DNA of 55,678 bases from Promethearchaeota archaeon Loki_b32 (lineage in GTDB: Archaea; Asgardarchaeota; Lokiarchaeia; Sigyniarchaeales; SOKP01): positions 1 through 55,678 of the forward strand of contig NJBH01000025.1 in assembly GCA_005223125.1 (NCBI GenBank), written 5' to 3'. The notes below the pieces were generated by a model. It ran no database searches and was not told where the DNA came from. It worked only from the letters and a program-made list of their open reading frames with translations. Positions within the stretch are counted from its first letter, which is position 1. Each line of letters starts with the position of its first letter. Shown piece after piece: positions 7,968 through 18,192 of this stretch. A program made the position numbers and the translations under genes.

Positions 7968-10867
7968 AAATCGATCTTACACCAGACTCAGAAACGAAAG
8001 TACAGTTAAGAAGACCTCAGATAGGTGCGATACATTCCATAGCATCATATTTCACGAGAAGTTTAGAAAGAAATGATTTGGATCCTGCAATTATCGTTTT
8101 ACCAACAGGTAGTGGAAAAACTGCAGTTTTAGTATTATCACCTTTTTTATTGAAAGTAAAAAGAGTATTGATAATCACTCAAAGCCAAATTGTCAGAAGA
8201 CAGATTTTTAGAGAATTTAGTGAATTACTATTATTAAAAAAGTTGAAAATTTTACCAGAGAACATGCCATCTCCAAGAGTATATGAATTAGATAAAATGC
8301 TTAAATCTGAGAAACAATGGCAAGAATTAATGAAGAATGACGTTATAATATCTACACCTGCTTGTATTAGTCCGCAGTATAAAAAAATTTACCAGGCACC
8401 CAAAGAAGCATTTGATTTGATTTTATACGATGAAGGTCATCATTTACCAGCTATAACTTGGTTTGGTATTTCCAATTATTTCGATAGTATGGAAATATTA
8501 TTTACTGCAACTCCATTTAGGAATGACAAAAAAAGTATTTACGGAAAAATTATATATGAATTTACTATAAGTGAAGCCTACAAAGACGAGATTTTTGGAA
8601 ACATCAATTTTATTCCTGTAGAAGTATCATCAATAGAACCCAACGATATCGATGTTGCAATTGCGAAAAAAACAGAAGAAATTTTTAAACAAGATAGGGA
8701 TGACGGATATGAACACCTAGTCCTAGTTAGGTCTTCTAAGATTGAAAAATCAAAAGAATTACTTGAAATATATAACAATAATACTGATTTATCTCTAAAA
8801 TTGATAAATAGTCAGCATTCACAAAAAACTGTCCAATCAATATTAAAAGAACTTCAAGAAGGAAAAATAGATGGTGTAATTGCTGTTGATATTATGAACG
8901 AGGGGGTTGATATCCCCAATCTCAAAATTGCTGCAATTCATTCTACATATAAATCCTTGAGCATCTTGCTGCAATTTATAGGAAGATTTGCAAGAACTGG
9001 TCATGAGAAAATTGGTGATGCGAAATTTATCGCAACTCCACAGAATGTGACTATAAATGCAATCGACTTATACCGAGAAGACAAGAAGTGGCAAGAAATA
9101 ATTCCTAAACTGTATGATAGCAAGATTCAAGGAGAGGTGAAGTTACGTGATGATATTTATTCATTTAATGCAATTGAAATTGAAGGGGTCACTCTTGATG
9201 AAACAATTACAAGACTTTCATTATTTGAGTTTAAACCGAAAAAACATGTGAAAGTTTACCAAATTGAAAATACGGTAGATTTACAGGCTAATTTAGAGCT
9301 AAAGGGATGGTCAATCGTTAAAAAGGATTTTAGCTCCGAATTGTCTTGCGTAGTATTTCTTATTAAAAGGATAGAAAAACCAAAATGGGCAACAACAAAT
9401 ATTCTTAGTAATATTGAATATCAATTAATTGTAATTGTTTATTTTGAGGCAACAAAACTTCTTTTCATTAATTCTTCCATTAAATCAGATTTCATCTATG
9501 ATTATATTGTTGAACAAATATCAATTGGAGGATATTACACATTATCTACGAACGAAATAAATAGAGCTCTAACATATCTAGAATCTCCAGAATTCTATAA
9601 TATAGGAATGAAAAGAAGAACTTTTGGAACTAGTTCAGAATCTTATCGGATGATAACTGGACCAAGAGTTGAAAATGCTATAAAGAGTAACGATGGCTAT
9701 GCGTTTGAGAGGGGTCATGTTGTTGGCAAAAGTCGTTCTATAGGAGAGAATAATACACTAGGTGTTAGTAGTTCATCTAAAATTTGGACTAGTGGTCGTG
9801 GTTTAATCCCTGAATTTGTTGATTGGTGTCATATATTTAATGATATCTTGTCAGATAATACCATTGATATTGATACAGGTACAAATTTAGATAAAATAAA
9901 AACCGGAAGTAGATTATTAGAGATACCTAATAATGTAGTTGCTGTAAATTGGAATGATGAGATCTACAAACATACTGCATTAGGAAAATATGAGATTTCT
10001 GGAGAATTAAAGGAAATCAACTTACTAGATTTCTCACTTGAAGTAATTGATCAAGATGATGATGATGACAGTATTCAATTTGAAATCAATAATAACGAAA
10101 TAGAATGGAAATGCTATTTTCGTTTACAATCGCCATTATTTATTCAAGATAATTCAAACCCAAGAATTTTAATTGAATTCAATGAACAAGAATGTGAATT
10201 GTTAGAGTTTATTAAATCTTATCCAGTACAGTTCTATACTAGAGATTTATCAATTATAACTGGAAATAATATTAGTAAAATGCCCTCAATTAATGAGAGT
10301 TATGACACTAGAAATATTGATACAATGGATTGGGATAATAATAATGTCGATATTACTTCAGAAGAGATTGGATCTTCAGAAGATGGATTATCTATCCAAG
10401 AATTTTTACTTAACTATTATCATGGATCCTCAGAAATTGTATTCTTTGATCATCGTAAAGGAGAAATTGCTGATATACTCCTTTTTAATATGAATCAAAG
10501 AAATGAACTTTTAATTGACTTCATTCATATCAAAAGTTCTTCTCAATCTAATCCTGGTCAAAGAATGAAGGATGTTGATGAATTAATCGGTCAAATATTA
10601 AGATCAATTAAATGGACACAAATTGAAGACCTAATTTCAAGAATTGAATACAGAATGGAGGGTAGTAGTTATTTTTATCACGGAACTTTTGATGAATTAA
10701 AAGAATTAAAAGAAAATTATGATAGCGTTACATTTCGAATTATAGGAGTACAACCAGGTCTTTCAAAAAATAGATTGAACGATCGCGTTTTAATTCCATT
10801 TCAAGCTTTATCAGTTTTTGTATCTTCATTTAATATCGAATCAGTTAAATTACTTATTTCTGAATGA
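7940..10867 (+). CDS. SF2 DEAD/DEAH (restriction-subunit-like) helicase fused to a C-terminal PD-(D/E)xK-like nuclease; putative defence protein
   Basis: LPTGSGKT, DEGHH, TATPFR, EGVDIP and QFIGRFAR; C-terminal DHRKGEIADI...FIHIKSS. Confidence 0.8.
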   Translation: MSYFQKNYSKIDLTPDSETKVQLRRPQIGAIHSIASYFTRSLERNDLDPAIIVLPTGSGKTAVLVLSPFLLKVKRVLIITQSQIVRRQIFREFSELLLLKKLKILPENMPSPRVYELDKMLKSEKQWQELMKNDVIISTPACISPQYKKIYQAPKEAFDLILYDEGHHLPAITWFGISNYFDSMEILFTATPFRNDKKSIYGKIIYEFTISEAYKDEIFGNINFIPVEVSSIEPNDIDVAIAKKTEEIFKQDRDDGYEHLVLVRSSKIEKSKELLEIYNNNTDLSLKLINSQHSQKTVQSILKELQEGKIDGVIAVDIMNEGVDIPNLKIAAIHSTYKSLSILLQFIGRFARTGHEKIGDAKFIATPQNVTINAIDLYREDKKWQEIIPKLYDSKIQGEVKLRDDIYSFNAIEIEGVTLDETITRLSLFEFKPKKHVKVYQIENTVDLQANLELKGWSIVKKDFSSELSCVVFLIKRIEKPKWATTNILSNIEYQLIVIVYFEATKLLFINSSIKSDFIYDYIVEQISIGGYYTLSTNEINRALTYLESPEFYNIGMKRRTFGTSSESYRMITGPRVENAIKSNDGYAFERGHVVGKSRSIGENNTLGVSSSSKIWTSGRGLIPEFVDWCHIFNDILSDNTIDIDTGTNLDKIKTGSRLLEIPNNVVAVNWNDEIYKHTALGKYEISGELKEINLLDFSLEVIDQDDDDDSIQFEINNNEIEWKCYFRLQSPLFIQDNSNPRILIEFNEQECELLEFIKSYPVQFYTRDLSIITGNNISKMPSINESYDTRNIDTMDWDNNNVDITSEEIGSSEDGLSIQEFLLNYYHGSSEIVFFDHRKGEIADILLFNMNQRNELLIDFIHIKSSSQSNPGQRMKDVDELIGQILRSIKWTQIEDLISRIEYRMEGSSYFYHGTFDELKELKENYDSVTFRIIGVQPGLSKNRLNDRVLIPFQALSVFVSSFNIESVKLLISE

Positions 10868-11074
10868 CGGAGATAAAGGTAAAGGCTCCGTTCCGCTGAA
10901 ATGTCACAACCAAATGTGAGAATGTTATTAATTAAGATGAATATTGTTCCTACAATTGATATTCGCAAAAAATATGTCTTGATGGATCCGCATATAAAGC
11001 TTCCGCCCTCTAAATTATAAATTCTTCGTCTAAAGGATTGTTGCGCTTAAATTCTTCGTACTCTGTATTTCTGG

Positions 11075-11386
11075 CTATTCTTTTGTTGCTTTATTTATGA
11101 TGTGTTCGATTTCCACTTCAAATCCTACCACCTTGTAGGGGTTATGTCCCTTTTTAAACGTGCCTTCTTTCCAATTCCACCAATTCTTTTCAAGCCTATG
11201 AGAGCCTAAATTCCAAACTTCAAGGTCTTCAATACCTTCTAATATCTGAAATACCCGATACCCTCTCGCGCCTTGCTGCAAAATAGCCAAGAACTTTTTA
11301 AGAATTTTTACGCCTTCTGAATATTCCTCCACGCTCATAAGGTTATTCGATGCTTCCGTTGATTTAAGATTTATCGTTACAACCAC
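11075..11386 (-). CDS. Hypothetical protein
   Basis: 103-aa ORF in a block that is more GC-rich than its surroundings. Confidence 0.45.
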   Translation of the reverse strand: MVVTINLKSTEASNNLMSVEEYSEGVKILKKFLAILQQGARGYRVFQILEGIEDLEVWNLGSHRLEKNWWNWKEGTFKKGHNPYKVVGFEVEIEHIINKATKE

Positions 11387-11700
11387 GAGTCTAAGATCTG
11401 GTTCTTTACAGGGTGCTTCATTCTTCGCTTTGGTTTTCTGGGGAAATATCGCTTTTGAGTGGTTTCGGGAAGGAACGGGTGTTGAACCAGAGAATACAAC
11501 ACATAACGCTCTAAGGTTTCAATAGATGCCAATACGTGTCCGAAATGAGAGAGAATCTTTCCGCTCGTAGGTCTAAACTCCGAATTTGGGTGCATCGGCG
11601 CAGATATTAATATCAAGGGAATTTGTTGCTTCAAGCACTCCTTTAGTCCGCTAATGGCGTGCAGAAGCACCCTAAACGTTTTTTGCTCGTAATTGGGAGT
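11377..11700 (-). pseudogene. C-terminal fragment resembling an inactivated RadA/RecA-like protein
   Basis: RPTSGKILSHFGHVL...YSLVQHPFLP resembles the RecA-fold C-terminus (GG-x2-L-x-H...L-x2-HP); an in-frame stop lies at 11701 and there is no Walker A. Confidence 0.35.
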
Positions 11701-11754
11701 TTATATGTTTTCGTCGATGAAGGTAGATTAAAAATTATCTATCAGGAGGGACGA

Positions 11755-12978
11755 AAAAAGATTGCGAAATTTATGGAACCCTTTGATTTCAAGGAAGATG
11801 AGAACAAATTCCGAATAAATGGTTTATTAGGGCATCCTCAAATCGCTAAAAAAAACAGAACTTATTCAAGTCTATTTATTAATCAACGCTATATTATTAG
11901 TGATGTCTTATTTAGAGCTATAAGTGAAGCTTATGAAGGAACTTTAATGGTGAGTAAATACCCTTTCTTTATTATATTTCTTGAGCTTGATCCCTCTGTT
12001 ATTGATTTCAACGTTCATCCAAAGAAACTTCATGTTAGATTCGAAAAAGTGGATTCAATTTATAATAAAGTTTATAATGTTATCAAAGGTTTTGTGGAAG
12101 ATAAATTTATTATAAAAGAGGCAAAATATATATCCGCTGAATTACATGATTTTATACCTAAAGAAGAGAAAAAATTTGCCGAAATTACAGAAACTATAAC
12201 AGAAATTCGAGAAAAAGAAGTTAAAGATATCAACTCAACGCAAGAACTGCCAATATTACCTGAAGAAAGTGTACAATTAAACTTAGATGATCAAGTAATT
12301 AGAGATAAATCAAATAAAAAATTACCTCCTGAGGCATTTTTACGGGGTAAGTATATTATTTCAGAAAATTTTCCAAAGCTCCGTTTAATCTCTCATACAG
12401 GTCAATTAAATAATAAAATTTATGTAGTTTTAGAGGGTATTAACGAAAATAATGAAGAGGGCTTATTTATTTTAGATCAACATGCAGCATCAGAACGGAT
12501 AAGTAAAGAAAAATTCTTGGATGCGTTTGAAACATCAAAAATGAGTAAGCAAAAATTAATATCTGCCTTAAAAATTGAAGTATCTCCAAGTGAAAGGATA
12601 TTTTTAGATTCTAACTTACGTGAAATCCAAAAGTTGGGATTTAGTTTTGAATACTTTGGAGGAAATACATTTATTTTGAGAGAAATTCCTACAATCATGG
12701 GAAAACTTCCAAATATAAATATCATAAAAGAAATAATTAGTGATATTTCTAAAATTGGCAAGGATAAAAGTTTTTCAGATATGAAGGAAGAAATTATTAA
12801 CTATTTATCATGTCATAAAAGTATTAGAGGAGGGGATGATCTCTCCTTAAAAGATATTAGAGGATTATTGACTGAATTAGCGGAATGTAAAGATTCATAC
12901 CATTGCGCTCATGGAAGACCTACTTTAAGATTTTTCTCTTATAGAGAATTAGATAAACTATTTAAAAGAATAGTATAA
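11755..12978 (+). pseudogene. mutL: mutL, 5'-truncated (GHKL ATPase domain missing)
   Basis: Transducer motif IDFNVHPKK; endonuclease motifs DQHAASERISKE, SCHKSIR and CAHGRP. Homology begins only at KKIAKFM (about 11755). Confidence 0.85.
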
Positions 12979-13000
12979 TAAAAATTAAAATTATTCATTC

Positions 13001-13267
13001 CTATGCTTTTGAAAAAGCAATACCATCAATTCCTTGGATACCTTCAATTTGCCCAAATAATTCTTCAAGTTTATCTGTTCCTCCCCATTCTTCAGGATAT
13101 CTTACTCGAACTCTAGCTTTTTTCAAACCAAAAGCTATAGGTAATATCTCATATGTTTCTATAGCGCATATATCAGGAAGAACATTTTTTAACTTATCAA
13201 CAAATTTCTCAAAGTTTACATCGATATCTTCTGGAACAACATCAATTAACGCAATAAAATCTCCCAT
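13001..13267 (-). CDS. ef1b: Archaeal elongation factor 1-beta
   Basis: PIAFGLKK and GGTDKLEE motifs; 88 aa. Confidence 0.93.
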   Translation of the reverse strand: MGDFIALIDVVPEDIDVNFEKFVDKLKNVLPDICAIETYEILPIAFGLKKARVRVRYPEEWGGTDKLEELFGQIEGIQGIDGIAFSKA

Positions 13268-13325
13268 ATTAAATAACTCTTTTTGAACTTATTCTAACGA
13301 CTTGAAAAGTGTTTTTCTCCTTCCT

Positions 13326-13502
13326 CTAAGGGCCTTCGAAATCGCAACGGAGACATCTATAAATTTTACCCATTTCTCTACACCGCTCACATCGCCAAAT
13401 TGTAACATCTCCACAAGAAGGGCATGGAAAATGAACGGCGCCTTCATACGGGGCTATAGGACGTCCACAACCGAAGCAAACGTTCTTTTTAAATGTACTC
13501 AT
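13326..13502 (-). CDS. Double zinc-ribbon protein (DUF1610/HVO_2753-like), not in the ORF track
   Basis: MSTFKKNVCFGCGRPIAPYEGAVHFPCPSCGDVTIWRCERCREMGKIYRCLRCDFEGP*; this family normally sits upstream of EF-1beta in archaea. Confidence 0.9.
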   Translation of the reverse strand: MSTFKKNVCFGCGRPIAPYEGAVHFPCPSCGDVTIWRCERCREMGKIYRCLRCDFEGP

Positions 13503-13747
13503 TGATATATCATCACTGCTTTATCAAATCTTAGATTTTAAAATCTATTATAACTTTAATTATTTTTGGTTTTAAAAATTGAACCAAAATGAAATTTATT
13601 GCTTTCTTTTAAGTGATTAACTGGTTTATTTAAATTATTTTATTCATTATAGAAAGAACAAGTAAATTAAATTTTAAATTGATAAACACCTTAATTTGCA
13701 TATAAATTAACAAATGAAATAAAAATACACCTTTAAAGAGAACTGCG

Positions 13748-14278
13748 ATGCCAGAAAATAAAGTGAAGAAATACTTCAGACTTATTGAAGCATGGGCTTG
13801 GTGCGATATATGTGATGACATGATAGCACTCAGAATAAATAAGGAAGAAATAATTGATGGTCTTAAGATGGGAATTTATATGAAAGAATATAAGCATTCT
13901 AACCAATCTCCGGACGTTGAGGATCCTGATGATGTTTCAGGAAACGAACATACAATCTATGTTTATATAAATGATAATTATGATATCACCGGTGTAAAAG
14001 CTTTTTTTGGAGAATCTCCTACTACTGAGGAAATAGGGGCTCAAACTATTCAAGAAGGTGGTGAAGTGAGAATTCCGATTGTAGTAAAAGAGATCCCGCC
14101 TATGGCTGTTCAATTTGGGATGTTGAATAAAGACCAATTTAAAGTTCTAAAAATATGTGATGGAATGAATACAATTGAGCAAGTTGCCTCAATAGCGCAG
14201 ATGAGTGTAAAAGATATCGAAAAAATGATGGAACAGCTCAGAAAAAAAGGTTTGGTTAAAGTTATAAAAAGAACATAA
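13748..14278 (+). CDS. Conserved hypothetical protein with an N-terminal CxxC and a C-terminal winged helix
   Basis: WCDICDD; QFKVLKICDGMNTIEQVASIAQMS...LRKKGLV. Confidence 0.7.
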   Translation: MPENKVKKYFRLIEAWAWCDICDDMIALRINKEEIIDGLKMGIYMKEYKHSNQSPDVEDPDDVSGNEHTIYVYINDNYDITGVKAFFGESPTTEEIGAQTIQEGGEVRIPIVVKEIPPMAVQFGMLNKDQFKVLKICDGMNTIEQVASIAQMSVKDIEKMMEQLRKKGLVKVIKRT

Positions 14279-14358
14279 AAATCTTTTTATTTAATTCGCT
14301 AATTTTAAATTCTATTGTTATGTATAATAGATTAATTTTAAGTGGTAAAATAATGGTG

Positions 14359-14886
14359 TTATTTGTTCTCTATCATTTTTTTTGCTATAGATTCAAATAT
14401 CTCTTCCACATTCTCACCAGTTTTGGAAGAGCATTCAAGATAACCATGTAATTTATATTTATTTACTAACTCGATTGCCTCTTCAATTTGTACTGATCTA
14501 TTATCCTCGAGGTCTGATTTCCCTCCAACCATAATAATTGGGATTTCAATTTGTGATTCCGCAACAAAATATTCGAAAATTGATAACCAATCCTCAATTT
14601 CTTTTACACTTGAATATCGCGTAATATCAAACATAAAAATTCCTCCATCTGCTCCCTTTGCAAAGCTAGGTAAAAGAACTCTGAACCGTTCTTCTCCCGC
14701 AAAATCCCATATTCGAAGTGTGATTTTTTTACCCTCAACTGTCACGTTTTTAATACTGAAATCCGCTCCAATTGTCATCTTAATATCTTCCTCGAAGATT
14801 TTAGTCACAAATCTCCTTATCATTGTTGTTTTACCGACACCACCAGCTCCAAAAATGCACAGTTTGAAAGCTAACTTTTGTGCTAT
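14359..14886 (-). CDS. Rab-like small GTPase with a probable ATA start
   Basis: The frame extends upstream of the track ORF to (I)AQKLAFKLCIFGAGGVGKTT (P-loop); also TIGADF, WDFAGEE, GGKSD and CSSK. Confidence 0.9.
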   Translation of the reverse strand: MAQKLAFKLCIFGAGGVGKTTMIRRFVTKIFEEDIKMTIGADFSIKNVTVEGKKITLRIWDFAGEERFRVLLPSFAKGADGGIFMFDITRYSSVKEIEDWLSIFEYFVAESQIEIPIIMVGGKSDLEDNRSVQIEEAIELVNKYKLHGYLECSSKTGENVEEIFESIAKKMIENK

Positions 14887-15141
14887 ATTTTAACACCTTG
14901 TTTGAGATAGAAAAATTATCGTTGTAATCTTTAAATATTTTTTTAAAACTAAAGTAATTTAATTTTTATTATTTATTTTATTTATTTTTTATGTTCTTTA
15001 AGGATATATTATAGTTTTTGCTTATTCTTGCAAAAGCTTATTGGGATAATTTATCCTAAAATATAATGAATTTGATTTTAGATAAAAATTTTATATTTAA
15101 GAACGTAAATTTTTGAAAGTAAGAGCCAAATTGAATGAACC

Positions 15142-15570
15142 TTACTTGATGATATCGGTTATAAAGCACGTTTCAATTATCTTAATTCCCATTATTTGTG
15201 ATATTTTATCCTCTATTAACGGATTAAATTTTTCTATTGACTCAATATCAACTTTCAAAAGTAAACCACAATCACCTGATAACCGCCAAATATTTGAAAT
15301 TTCCTTAATATTAATTAATTCTTTCAATATCCTTTTGATCTCCTTGAAATCAGGTTCAATTTTAATGGTTGCGTAAAGTTTTTGCTTTAAATCAATTTTA
15401 TAATCAATAGTAAATTTCTTTATTATGCCCTCATCAACAAGTCTTTTCACACGTCTTCTAACTGTTGCTTCTGTTTTCTGCACACTTTTGGAAATATCAT
15501 TATAAGAGATTCTACCGTTTTCTTTAAGTATATCCAAAATTTTAAGGTCAATTATATCCATTTTGGTCAA
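15142..15570 (-). CDS. Lrp/AsnC family transcriptional regulator
   Basis: DIIDLKILDILKENGRISYNDIS...TVRRRVKRLVDEGIIKKF HTH plus a RAM domain. Confidence 0.92.
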   Translation of the reverse strand: MTKMDIIDLKILDILKENGRISYNDISKSVQKTEATVRRRVKRLVDEGIIKKFTIDYKIDLKQKLYATIKIEPDFKEIKRILKELINIKEISNIWRLSGDCGLLLKVDIESIEKFNPLIEDKISQIMGIKIIETCFITDIIK

Positions 15571-15921
15571 ATCGAAAAAATTCGAGATATTAAATTCAAA
15601 AGTTTATATGATTCTAGTTTTAGAATATGATGTTTCATTTATTAATTCATTGTTACTGATAAGGATATACAAAAATAGAGAGTATTTTAAAAAGAACAAT
15701 AAACAGAGTTATCTATTTTTCTAAAGTTAGGATTTCTAGTTATTATTGGATATTTAACAAATAAATGATCGAAATTAGTATTTAAATGATCTAATTTTAA
15801 AAAAAGATTAATATTTTGAATATTTTTATAACATAGAAGAATTTTAAATTAAAATTATTTTTAAATTTTATAGTTCTAAATTTAATTTGAAAAATAAAAT
15901 ACAATTATTATTGATGATAAA

Positions 15922-17403
15922 ATGAGTGAAAATCAATATGATTTAGCTATTATTGGTGGGGGACCCGGGGGTTATCATGCGGCTATTAGGACTGCTCAAT
16001 ACGGAGCAAAAGTCGCTTTGATTGAAAAAAACAAATTGGGGGGTACTTGTCTTAACTGGGGTTGTATCCCTACGAAAGCTCTATACGCTTCTGCTCATTT
16101 AGTTGAAAAAATTAAAGAAGCTCATGAATTTGGAATAGAAATATCTGAGTATAATTTAGATTTTGCTAAAGCTGTCGAAAGAAAAAATAAAATAGTAGAA
16201 GAGCTGGTTGGAGGAATTGAACAATTAGAGAAGGCTTGGAAAAATGATGTGTATAAAGGTCATGGCAAAATTATAGGGGGAGATATTAATAATGGATTTG
16301 AGGTCTCGGTTGAAGGCGAAAATAATGTAGTAATTAAAGCAAAAAGAGTAATTATCGCAACAGGCTCCTCACCTGCTCTAATTCCCGCATTTAATATTGA
16401 TCATGAACGGATTTTAACAAGTGATGATATTTTACATCCTGATTTTAAAACTGTACCTAAGAGACTTTTAATCATTGGCGCAGGTGTTATTGGCTGTGAA
16501 TTTGCTAATATTTTTACGAGATTTGGTAGTAAAGTAAGTATACTTGAATATCTTCCCTCCGCAATTGCTACAGAAGAACCTATGATTGTAAAGGTTTTAA
16601 TGAAAAAGATTGAAAAATTGGGAATTGAACTATATACTTCGCAAAATGTCTTATCTGTAGAAAACACGGGTTCTGGAGTAAAAGCGACAACCTGTGATGC
16701 ATCCATTCCACGAGATCAAACAGATTCTGCTGAAAAATCTATCTATGAAGCTGATTTATGTCTAGTATCCATTGGACGAGCAAAAATATCAAAAGATCTT
16801 GGATTAGAAACACTTAGTATAGAAACTGACCGTGGCGCTATAAAAGTCAATAAAGATACATTAGAGACTTCTGTGAAAGGAATTTATGCAATCGGAGATG
16901 TCACAGGAGGACTTATGCTTGCTCATGTAGCCAGTTATGAAGGTGATATCGCAGTTGCAAATGCTTTAGCCAGTATTGGAGGCTTTCCTGTTAATGATAT
17001 GAAAACTGATTACACTGTAGTTCCAGCAACAATTTTCACATCCCCAAATATAGGGTCTGTAGGCTATAGAAGAAAAGTTGCTAAAGATATGGGAATTGAT
17101 GTCTTGATGGGTCAATTTCCTTATCAATCACTCGGTAAAGCTAAGTGTATGGGTGAAGAAGAAGGTTTTATTATGGTGCTTGCCGATAAAAACACACATA
17201 AAATCATTGGTGCTTCTTGTATTGGAACTGAAGCACCCGAATTAATATCTGAAATTGCTCTAGCAATGCAACATGGATTAACAATCCATGATGTCGCAGA
17301 GACCATCCATAGCCATCCTACAATATCTGAAATGGTGTTGGAAGGATCTGAGTCTGTCGTAGGTAAAGCAATCCATAAGAAAGGACGCCCTATTCACCAC
17401 TAA
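15922..17403 (+). CDS. lpdA: Dihydrolipoyl dehydrogenase
   Basis: GGGPGG, GGTCLNWGCIPTK, GAGVIG and HPTISE. Confidence 0.95.
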   Translation: MSENQYDLAIIGGGPGGYHAAIRTAQYGAKVALIEKNKLGGTCLNWGCIPTKALYASAHLVEKIKEAHEFGIEISEYNLDFAKAVERKNKIVEELVGGIEQLEKAWKNDVYKGHGKIIGGDINNGFEVSVEGENNVVIKAKRVIIATGSSPALIPAFNIDHERILTSDDILHPDFKTVPKRLLIIGAGVIGCEFANIFTRFGSKVSILEYLPSAIATEEPMIVKVLMKKIEKLGIELYTSQNVLSVENTGSGVKATTCDASIPRDQTDSAEKSIYEADLCLVSIGRAKISKDLGLETLSIETDRGAIKVNKDTLETSVKGIYAIGDVTGGLMLAHVASYEGDIAVANALASIGGFPVNDMKTDYTVVPATIFTSPNIGSVGYRRKVAKDMGIDVLMGQFPYQSLGKAKCMGEEEGFIMVLADKNTHKIIGASCIGTEAPELISEIALAMQHGLTIHDVAETIHSHPTISEMVLEGSESVVGKAIHKKGRPIHH

Positions 17404-17677
17404 ATTGAAATTAGGATTTCTTTTTTTTTTTTTTACGGAATTAGTTTTTATTCCTTTGTGTCTATTTTTTTAAAATAAAATTTTTCATAAGTAGAGGCTT
17501 CCTATTCATCATCAACTTTATTTTTTAGTTCTGTTTTTGATAAAAAGTCAATATTAGTTGAATGATTTCGCAACTTTTGGTCGCTTTTCGTTATTCAAAT
17601 TATGGTAATTTAACATATTATCCCTTAGTTTTTTCATAAGTGACTACTTTCAATAATTTTCAATGGTTATTATCGTC

Positions 17678-17703
17678 GTGGGGTGACTGATCCCACCTTT
17701 TTT
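17678..17703 (+). terminator. GC-rich hairpin followed by a T tract
   Basis: GTGGG-GTGACTGAT-CCCAC followed by CTTTTTT. Confidence 0.35.
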
Positions 17704-17790
17704 GTGTCCGTTATATTGCATTGTAATAAGCGAGAATCGTCATATTTATATATGAAAATTCACATAATACTATTGAGGTGAGTAAGTTAA

Positions 17791-18057
17791 ATGAACAGTT
17801 TCAAATCGAAAGAAAAAGCAGAAAAGAATTTTAAAAATATAAAGGCCGCCGTAAAAGGTTTATATGAGATTTTAGATCTTTCCCTAAGTGAAGACGATTT
17901 TTATTATGAAGCGGGTAAAGATAATATTACAGCAATTTATAAGAATCTCATCGAGTTATTGTTAAACGAGTATGGGCTTCGTCAACTTTTAAAGAAGATC
18001 CAAAACTCAGAAGTAGATTTAAACATCGTGCTAAACGAATATTTAGCTAATGCGTAG
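17791..18057 (+). CDS. Hypothetical 88-aa helical protein
   Basis: Strong SD-like TGAGGTGA at 17774; the substitutions in the duplicated 3' end (20602) are all synonymous. Confidence 0.8.
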   Translation: MNSFKSKEKAEKNFKNIKAAVKGLYEILDLSLSEDDFYYEAGKDNITAIYKNLIELLLNEYGLRQLLKKIQNSEVDLNIVLNEYLANA

Positions 18058-18192
18058 ATTATTTTTCTTTTTTGATTATTTTTTCAAATTACACATTTAT
18101 TTTATACTAATACCAGTTCCCTGACTTCGTCCGTTGAATACTCACCTCACTCATTGTACTATTTTTTTCAAGGAGATATCAGGGAGCTGACC
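17971..18192 (+). repeat. 222-bp direct repeat, copy 1
   Basis: Matches 20602-20823 with 6 substitutions by manual count and no indels. Confidence 0.95.
18114..18189 (+). ncRNA. Structured element (long hairpin), copy 1
   Basis: Outer stem CAGTTCCCTGA/TCAGGGAGCTG (one U-G pair on the + strand); inner TCC-G-TTGAA/TTCAA-GGA; T tract downstream. Confidence 0.55.

Noticed and set aside
10867-10890. ACGGAG/CTCCGT hairpin after the helicase gene
   Set aside because: Short stem without a U tract; it cannot be distinguished from chance.
11659-11754. N-terminus of the 439-aa MutL ORF
   Set aside because: It is not MutL-like; it is read-through from the foreign block across the junction.
1000-11755. 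Calling the island a complete Tn7-like transposon or provirus
   Set aside because: No transposase, TnsC ATPase, integrase, capsid genes, terminal repeats or target-site duplication were found in the window.
13302-13505. 67-aa + strand ORF
   Set aside because: It is the antisense shadow of the real zinc-ribbon gene at 13326-13502.
18114-18189. Integron attC site, tRNA or SECIS
   Set aside because: It lacks RYYYAAC/GTTRRRY ends, a cloverleaf/T-loop and the SECIS AUGA/GA core. A MITE with 11-bp TIRs cannot be excluded but has no transposase support.
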